DNA from: an uncultured archaeon
GTDB lineage: Archaea; Asgardarchaeota; Lokiarchaeia; Sigyniarchaeales; SOKP01
Reading direction: 5' to 3'
DNA: 14,646 nucleotides
Assembly (NCBI GenBank): GCA_964583985.1
Contig: CAZOYD010000079.1
Span: 1 to 14,646, forward strand
The notes under the pieces are model-generated. The model was not told where the DNA came from. It searched no databases and saw nothing but the letters and a program-made list of their open reading frames with translations. Shown here piece by piece: positions 6,413 to 12,586 of this stretch (position 1 is the stretch's first letter; every line of letters starts with the position of its first letter). The position numbers were made by a program, and so were the translations under genes.

Positions 6413-7579
6413 TCATAATTTAATTCCCTTTTTAGGATAAATAGATGACTCCGGAGTGACTATCATTTGGAGCATTTCTAGCGCATTTTGAGAAGTAGAA
6501 AATGTTTTGGCTTTATATCTGTCTACCAAATCTATTAATTCTTCATCAGCTATTCTCACATATATTTCTATATTTGGATATCTTAAACTAAACTTGGATG
6601 TGAGGTAAAGAGCTTCATCAAATTCCGTCTCTAACTTCCAACAAATAAAAACTTGAGTGACTACATCTAAATTCACATGAGGTCGTATATCAGTGAGAAA
6701 TCGAACTAATTTTTTTATCATGTGCAACTTTTCGGATTCCACGAATTCGATGCCATCGTTTTCATCATCAAAAAGATAAGTATCACGAGAATGTTCTGCT
6801 GAAATATGATGTGCAATACGATGAGTCAATCTATCTCTCCCAATAACGACTGCTTTACCTTCCTTGTCTTTGCACCATTCGTGAATTAAGTCCATTGCCC
6901 ATTTCGAAGTAGAAAAAGGATATACATTTAGCTCTTCTTGCTTAAGATACTCTTGAACATGATCTTCAAAGACTCGTACATATATCGGGCAGTCCTTGTT
7001 GATTTTTCGTATTTTTTCAGAACAGATAAGCGAGATTCGAACATCATCCACGCATATGAATATTTCTTTAACATCCTCCAAATTAGCTGTTTCTAAGTTA
7101 GCATCATCGGTCGGATCTCCTACTATAACAGGATGTCCATTATTTATGAGATCTTCAACTAATTCTGCATCATCTTCTATTGCAGAGAATTTTTCGTTGT
7201 TTTCAATACAATATTCAATAATCCTTTTTGCTAAATGATCATAACCGATAACAAGCGTGTGATTATGCCTATGTTTGGCGAGAATTCTACTAGTAACAAC
7301 AGGGTTATATTTTTCTAATAATTCTCCGACAATGAAGCCGAATACGATTACTTCCAAAAGAATGGGCCAAATTAGAGAATAAAAATTAGAAAAATCACTA
7401 ACAATGTGAGGGTGTCTAATTGTCATAGATATCAGAAATAAATCCCAAATACTTTGAAAAGGATCAGTCAAAGCAAAAAAGGTAAATCCAATTAGCCAAA
7501 ATATGAATATCAATAAGAATTGAATTTTATACTGTTTAATTTTGAGTTGGATTGATATTAAGGAGTTTAAGAGATTCAT
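6413..7579 (-). CDS. 2-TM membrane protein with tandem TrkA-N/RCK domains (degenerate MthK/Kch-like channel)
   Basis: Two hydrophobic helices (aa ~21-37 and ~66-87). RCK1: HNHTLVIGYDHLA, AIEDD, VIVGDPTDDANLETANL, IRKINKDCPIYVRV. A second degenerate RCK: AVVIGRDRL...YPNIEIYVRI. Confidence 0.8.
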   Translation of the reverse strand: MNLLNSLISIQLKIKQYKIQFLLIFIFWLIGFTFFALTDPFQSIWDLFLISMTIRHPHIVSDFSNFYSLIWPILLEVIVFGFIVGELLEKYNPVVTSRILAKHRHNHTLVIGYDHLAKRIIEYCIENNEKFSAIEDDAELVEDLINNGHPVIVGDPTDDANLETANLEDVKEIFICVDDVRISLICSEKIRKINKDCPIYVRVFEDHVQEYLKQEELNVYPFSTSKWAMDLIHEWCKDKEGKAVVIGRDRLTHRIAHHISAEHSRDTYLFDDENDGIEFVESEKLHMIKKLVRFLTDIRPHVNLDVVTQVFICWKLETEFDEALYLTSKFSLRYPNIEIYVRIADEELIDLVDRYKAKTFSTSQNALEMLQMIVTPESSIYPKKGIKL

Positions 7580-7876
7580 GTAATAACATAAGAAAATATA
7601 AAATAAAAATTATATAGTTAAGAAGGTTATTTTTTTATCAATTGTTTTTTCAAAAAATCTGGAAGAATAAAGAGCAGAATCCCTTTTTATCTCTTTATAA
7701 TGAGTAAATAATCCAAAAAAGAACTCATATTAAAATCTCTCTAAATCTATAACTAATTTTCTTCTTTATCCTTTTCAATCTCATGTAAATCATAATGTTG
7801 ATAAGTTTAATTGATTTTATATCTTCTAATAGAAAATTATGAGAAGAAGTCTAACTCAAGCGAATTAACGATAAAA

Positions 7877-9298
7877 TTGAATGAACAAATTAAATCTCTT
7901 ACAGTAATGAAATTTGGCGGTTCTTGTCTCAAAGATGGAGAATCCTTTAAGCACACAGCTTCAATAATCAAGAAGTATTTGAAAAAGTCAAAGTTAATTA
8001 TTGTTACCTCAGCAATAAATGGTATTACAGATCAACTCATGGAATTTTATAAAAGCTCAAATGATCTGAACTTAAAAAGAGGATTGATTTTGGATCAAAT
8101 CTATGAAACACACGCTCAATTAATTAATGAACTTCTTCCCGAAAATTCAGAATATTATGAAAATAATGTCGAAAATCTTAAGCAAAACGTAAGAGAATTA
8201 AATAATTTAAGTCAAGTGATTAACCTTCTTCGTCCTAGTAAAAATCTACAAGATCTTATCGTTTCCTATGGTGAAAAATTAAGCACGTTCCTCTTGTGTA
8301 CATATCTTAATAGTTTAGGATTCAAATCGGAATTCATATCTTCAGATGAAATAATCCAAACTGACGACAATTTTGGTAGTGCGTTTCCTCTGTTAGATGA
8401 AACTGAAGAATTGGTGAAAAAAAGAATAATTCCCCTTTTAAATTCAGGTTTATGTGAAGTTGCATGTATTACGGGATACTTTGGTTCCACGAAAGATAAA
8501 AAAATAACAACATTAGGAAGAGGTGGAACCGATTTAACTGCAGCAGTACTTGCATTTTCCTTATGTTCATTTTATAGTTGTAAGGTGGTATATTGGAAAG
8601 ATGTGAAAGGATTTTTAGATGTGGATCCTAAAATGTGCGACAAATCTGTCCTGTTGAGAAAAATTTCATATCTCGAAGCAAAAGAACTTGCATTTTTTGG
8701 AACGAAAGTGCTGCATCCTCTCTGTTTAGATGTGAGTGAAAAGGGAAAATTCCCTTCGGAAATCAGAAGTTTTTATGATCCTTATACCGATGAATTCACG
8801 ATGATTACCCAAGAATATTCAAAGGATGTAATGGGAATAAGGGCAATCAGTTATATTTATCGATTATCCATGGTTACGATCAAAAGTGGGACAATGGTTT
8901 CATTACCTAAAACAGCCTCAAGATTATTCTTTTTATTAGATGAAAATAATATCACTATCAAATTCATTTCACAGAGTTCTTCTGAAAACAACATTACATT
9001 TGTAATACAATTGGAAGATTCGATGAAAGTGAGTGCTTTACTCAGAAACTCTGAATTTTTTGGAAAGCAATGGTTTAGCATAAAAATCGACAATAACATA
9101 TCTCTAATAGCGGTAATTGGGGCTGGGATGATGTATACTCCAGGTATTGCAGGAAAAATTTTCACTACTTTGGGAGATAATGGTATCAATGTTAGAGCAA
9201 TTGCTCAAGGATCTTCTGAATTAAATTTCACAGCGATTATTGAAAGAGAAAATTGTAAAAAGGCGATAAATGTCTTATATGATGCATTTATTGGTTAA
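7877..9298 (+). CDS. lysC: Aspartate kinase, monofunctional, two C-terminal ACT domains
   Basis: VMKFGGS, IVTSAINGITDQL, SYGEKLS, TTLGRGGTDLTA, DV.G...DP, SYLEAKELAFFGTKVLHP, and ACT motifs ISQSSSE and IAQGSSE. Likely start is TTG 7877 (the ORF track starts at 7811; the first ATG is 7907). Confidence 0.93.
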   Translation: MNEQIKSLTVMKFGGSCLKDGESFKHTASIIKKYLKKSKLIIVTSAINGITDQLMEFYKSSNDLNLKRGLILDQIYETHAQLINELLPENSEYYENNVENLKQNVRELNNLSQVINLLRPSKNLQDLIVSYGEKLSTFLLCTYLNSLGFKSEFISSDEIIQTDDNFGSAFPLLDETEELVKKRIIPLLNSGLCEVACITGYFGSTKDKKITTLGRGGTDLTAAVLAFSLCSFYSCKVVYWKDVKGFLDVDPKMCDKSVLLRKISYLEAKELAFFGTKVLHPLCLDVSEKGKFPSEIRSFYDPYTDEFTMITQEYSKDVMGIRAISYIYRLSMVTIKSGTMVSLPKTASRLFFLLDENNITIKFISQSSSENNITFVIQLEDSMKVSALLRNSEFFGKQWFSIKIDNNISLIAVIGAGMMYTPGIAGKIFTTLGDNGINVRAIAQGSSELNFTAIIERENCKKAINVLYDAFIG

Positions 9299-10524
9299 TA
9301 AAAACCTGCAAAACGACTCTTAGAAATTTGTTCCCTTTCTTCCTGTAAATCCTCGAATGGCTTATTTCTTATAAGAGCATTATTACAAATTTCCTTGCCT
9401 ATGACCACTTTTGGGTTATCAGCCCAATTTACATTTAATAAGAGGCATAAGTGATACACTGTAGCTTGAATGAAAGCAATTAAATGACCAAGATTTAATT
9501 CACCATCTTCGTATAATGAAATCATTGTTGATGGGAGCCCTTGTTCAATTAAAGCTTGAAAAGTCGCTGCAGCTTCATAATTTACAATGGTTTGAGCAGA
9601 TTTGCCATAAATAAAATTAATATGAGAATCCAAAATGATATCGTTCTTCACTTTTTCTATAATCCATAATATTGGTGAAACACTTTTACTATTTCCACCA
9701 AGCAAAAATTCTAAAACGGAATGTTGGCAGAGAGGTGCACTTTGGAAAGTACCCATTAAACCCTTTCCATCCTTTCCAGTACTTTCAGAAATCTCTTGAA
9801 CAAAAAGACCGACCGCACCCTCAATATTTTTACTATATGGCATTGAAAATAAATTTCTAATACCTTTTTCATATAAACTATAAAGAAATCCAGCAAATTC
9901 TATTGCAGGATTGATTGATTCCTTCATATACAATGAATATCCTTGGTCTAATCCCTTTATAAACGCGTCTACATTTACGCCAGAAATAAGTGCGGGAACG
10001 ATTCCTACATTCGAAATTGAGCCTGCAAATCGACCGGAGAGATCGGGTACATCAAGGATCGGAGCGCCCATTTCTTCTAAAATTGAGAGCATTGTACCTT
10101 TAGATGATAATCCAATAAATGGATATCTTTCTTTAGCAAAGATGCCAATTGGAGAATTTATATCTAATGTTTCTCCTCCTCGAGAAATTGGAATGACGAT
10201 TGAGTTTGACGGTTTCGTGAGTTCTAAGCACATATTTAACTCAGATGAGCGTGAACTTGTAATTGGAAAAATTTGTTTTTGGGAAAGATGAGATAATGCC
10301 AGTAATGTCTGAATTGACCCTCCTGTTCCCAAAACTATTACATTTTTAATTTGGTTTAGATCAAAAAGTGAGAGTTTTTCATGTATTAAATCAAAATCTA
10401 TGTAAGATTTGGTATCAGTAAAGAAAGGTTTATCCCAATTATTCTTATTGGATTTAATTATAGAGAGATATTTGAGAAGAAGATTATTGGGAAGTTTTGG
10501 ATAGTATTCAATTTTAAGATTCAT
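9295..10524 (-). CDS. pgi: Glucose-6-phosphate isomerase family protein (double SIS fold), divergent
   Basis: VLGTGGS, ISRGGET, SGRF, QEISESTGKDGKG, QHS and DNPKVVIGK align with the PGI motifs GIGGS, SKSGTT, GGRFS, Q...ES.GK, QHS and DQPGVE.GK. Confidence 0.8.
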   Translation of the reverse strand: MNLKIEYYPKLPNNLLLKYLSIIKSNKNNWDKPFFTDTKSYIDFDLIHEKLSLFDLNQIKNVIVLGTGGSIQTLLALSHLSQKQIFPITSSRSSELNMCLELTKPSNSIVIPISRGGETLDINSPIGIFAKERYPFIGLSSKGTMLSILEEMGAPILDVPDLSGRFAGSISNVGIVPALISGVNVDAFIKGLDQGYSLYMKESINPAIEFAGFLYSLYEKGIRNLFSMPYSKNIEGAVGLFVQEISESTGKDGKGLMGTFQSAPLCQHSVLEFLLGGNSKSVSPILWIIEKVKNDIILDSHINFIYGKSAQTIVNYEAAATFQALIEQGLPSTMISLYEDGELNLGHLIAFIQATVYHLCLLLNVNWADNPKVVIGKEICNNALIRNKPFEDLQEEREQISKSRFAGFY

Positions 10525-10705
10525 CAAAATATCATTGCTAGATTATTAATTATTTAGATTATAATATTCTAATTTTCAATTAGATTTATAATTCTTTCCT
10601 CCTCTGAAAATTATATAATATATAAAAAAAAAATTAATATATTGCTACTTTATAAAATTCATATTAGTAAAATTTACGTAACGATTTTGCAAGGAACGTT
10701 TCTAA

Positions 10706-11068
10706 ATGTCAGATGAACAATTATTACTTCTCCTCAACAATTTATTTGATAATGTTGATGGAGTGAGATCAGCTGCAATCGTATCGAAAGAAGGATTAAT
10801 TGTTCATTCCATATTAGAAGAGGGAATCATGGAATTAAATTTGGCAGCAATGACCGCTACAATTTTATCAGTAGCTGAGCGGGTGTTAGAAGAATTAAAA
10901 TCAGGATTACTGGATGTATGCATACTGCAAGGAGAAGAGGGGAATTTCGCAGTGATGGAAGCGGGAAGAGATCTAATTTTGGCATTATGTATAGATTTGG
11001 ATGCAAGAATGGATATTTGTTTCATAGAAATGCGTAAAACTTCAGATGCGATTAAAAACATGTTCTAA
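10706..11068 (+). CDS. Roadblock/LC7 (MglB-like) domain protein
   Basis: 120 aa; GVRSAAIVSKEGLIVHS, LAAMTATILSVAERVLEEL..G, ILQGEEG...VMEAG and a C-terminal helix give the canonical Roadblock pattern. Confidence 0.92.
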   Translation: MSDEQLLLLLNNLFDNVDGVRSAAIVSKEGLIVHSILEEGIMELNLAAMTATILSVAERVLEELKSGLLDVCILQGEEGNFAVMEAGRDLILALCIDLDARMDICFIEMRKTSDAIKNMF

Positions 11069-11076
11069 TTTTTTTT
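11069..11076 (+). terminator. Archaeal oligo-T terminator candidate
   Basis: T8 tract immediately after the Roadblock stop codon. Confidence 0.45.
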
Positions 11077-11170
11077 CCATACTTATTAGTTGGTTAATAC
11101 CTTCTAAAAATTTAAAAATTTGAAGTCTATTTCATTTAAAATAGCGGTAATTCTATTTTTTCTTTATTAT

Positions 11171-11185
11171 AATAGAGTTTATAAA
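11171..11185 (+). promoter_or_regulatory. Candidate BRE/TATA promoter of radA
   Basis: Purine-rich AATAGAG followed by TTTATAAA (11178-11185), ending 33 nt before the radA ATG, which fits a short-leader archaeal transcript. The AT-rich background lowers specificity. Confidence 0.45.
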
Positions 11186-11217
11186 ATACACTAAAATTTA
11201 ATCAACTGTGATTAATT

Positions 11218-12492
11218 ATGGCTAAAGCAAGTGAAATTGAAGAAGAAAGTAATATTGAAATGGGGAAACCATATTTTTGTACCGAATGTAAGCGAAATCA
11301 CACAAAAGGTAAGATTTATAAGGAGCACGCGGAATTTGCTCGATTCGAAGATGAAGAAGAAAATAAAGAAGAACTAGAATTAGAAAATGATAAAAAAGTA
11401 ATCGAAGATGAAGAATTAGATGAAGAAATAGGAAGCGATTACGATGATGATGCAGAACTAGAAGAAGCATTTCATGAGTTAGAAGAAATGGAAGAAGAAC
11501 CAGATTATGATGATGATGCAGAACTAGTGTCGATTGATGGAGAACCTTTAGAAGGCGTTGATGCTGTCAAAAAATTACCAGGAGTTGGAGAAGCTACACT
11601 AAAAAAGTTAATTAAAGCAGGATTTGGGAGTCTTGAATCCATTGCATATACCCCTCCTTCCATCATTCAAGATGCTTCAGGTTTAGGAGAAAAAACTACA
11701 AGTAAATTAATTAAATCTAGCATGCAAAAGCTAAATATCGGATTTAAATCCGCTGAGGTGGTTTGGGAACATAGAAAAAATATTGCCCGAATTACAACAG
11801 GAAGCCAAGAGTTAGATGATCTCCTTGGAGGCGGTCTTGAAACTGGATCTGTAACAGAATTTTTTGGAGAATTCAGAACAGGAAAAACTCAAATTGCTCA
11901 CCAATTATGCGTGAATGTGCAATTAAAACGAGAGCAAGGTGGTTTAGAAGGAACTGCCTTGTATATCGATACAGAAGGCACGTTTAGACCAGAACGCATC
12001 ATTCAAATGGCTGAAGGTTTAGATCTTGATCATAATGAAGTTCTTAAAAACATCATTTTCGGAAGAGCTTATAATTCTGATCATCAAGTTCTCTTGATAA
12101 AAGAAGCTGCAAGTTTGATTAAAGAAAAAAACATCAAATTAATTATAGTGGATTCGGTAATTGGACATTTTAGAAGTGAGTATGTTGGTAGGGGAACTCT
12201 AGCAAACAGACAACAATTAATTAATGTTCATCTTCATGATCTATTAAGATTATGTGATATTTATCCCGATTTAGCAGTAATGATTACTAATCAAGTACAG
12301 TCCAAACCAGATGTGTTTTATGGTAATCCATTACAAGCAGCGGGAGGAAATATTGTTGCTCACGGTTCTACTGTAAGGCTGTATTTGAGAAAAGGTAAGG
12401 GTGAACAGAGAGTAGCCAAAGTTGTCGACGCACCCCACTTACCTGAAGGAGAAGCAGTTTTTAGCATTACAGAACATGGAATTTCAAATTAA
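11218..12492 (+). CDS. radA: DNA repair and recombination protein RadA with N-terminal zinc-finger/acidic extension
   Basis: HhH LPGVG, polymerisation motif [20 protein letters not shown], Walker [21 protein letters not shown], Walker [27 protein letters not shown] and [10 protein letters not shown]. Confidence 0.97.
   Translation: MAKASEIEEESNIEMGKPYFCTECKRNHTKGKIYKEHAEFARFEDEEENKEELELENDKKVIEDEELDEEIGSDYDDDAELEEAFHELEEMEEEPDYDDDAELVSIDGEPLEGVDAVKKLPGVGEATLKKLIKAGFGSLESIAYTPPSIIQDASGLGEKTTSKLIKSSMQKLNIGFKSAEVVWEHRKNIARITTGSQELDDLLGGGLETGSVTEFFGEFRTGKTQIAHQLCVNVQLKREQGGLEGTALYIDTEGTFRPERIIQMAEGLDLDHNEVLKNIIFGRAYNSDHQVLLIKEAASLIKEKNIKLIIVDSVIGHFRSEYVGRGTLANRQQLINVHLHDLLRLCDIYPDLAVMITNQVQSKPDVFYGNPLQAAGGNIVAHGSTVRLYLRKGKGEQRVAKVVDAPHLPEGEAVFSITEHGISN
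11437..11527 (+). repeat. In-frame 25-nt direct repeat (DYDDDAEL x2) in radA acidic region
   Basis: GATTACGATGATGATGCAGAACTAG (11437-11461) and GATTATGATGATGATGCAGAACTAG (11503-11527): 24/25 identical, 66-nt period. Confidence 0.9.
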
Positions 12493-12586
12493 ATTTATTG
12501 TTACTATTTTTCTTTAATCCAATAATAAGAGATCTTCATCTTATTTTATTAAATAATTTAAAAATAAAAAGTAGTTAAAAAAAATA

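Noticed and set aside
6996-7238. 80-aa + strand ORF
   Set aside because: Ser-rich antisense shadow of the RCK gene.
7580-7876. Lysine riboswitch, attenuator leader peptide or small gene upstream of aspartate kinase
   Set aside because: No riboswitch consensus or extended pairing is visible. Short ORFs (MRRSLTQAN on +; MIYMRLKRIKKKISYRFREILI on -) lack Thr/Lys/Met runs in the sense orientation and are expected by chance.
7811-7876. N-terminal extension of aspartate kinase in the ORF track
   Set aside because: Probably an over-extended TTG start; homology begins near LTVMKFGG.
8266-9189. Two - strand ORFs (74 and 110 aa)
   Set aside because: Antisense shadows within aspartate kinase.
9672-10291. 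Two + strand ORFs (62 and 126 aa)
   Set aside because: Antisense shadows within the PGI gene.
10611-10700. Short palindromes in the pgi/Roadblock divergent region (TTATATAATATATAA, TTACGTAA, AACGTT)
   Set aside because: Short or AT-only, and expected by chance in this composition.
10804-11470. - strand ORFs of 85 and 82 aa
   Set aside because: Antisense to Roadblock and radA. The Leu/His/Phe richness of the 82-aa ORF merely mirrors the GAA/GAT codons of the acidic tract.
11218-12492. Intein in RadA, or bacterial RadA/Sms identity, as the explanation for the extra length
   Set aside because: The ATPase core is continuous with no intein splice motifs, and the extra sequence is N-terminal. 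The core is archaeal RadA/Rad51-type with no Lon-like C-terminal domain.
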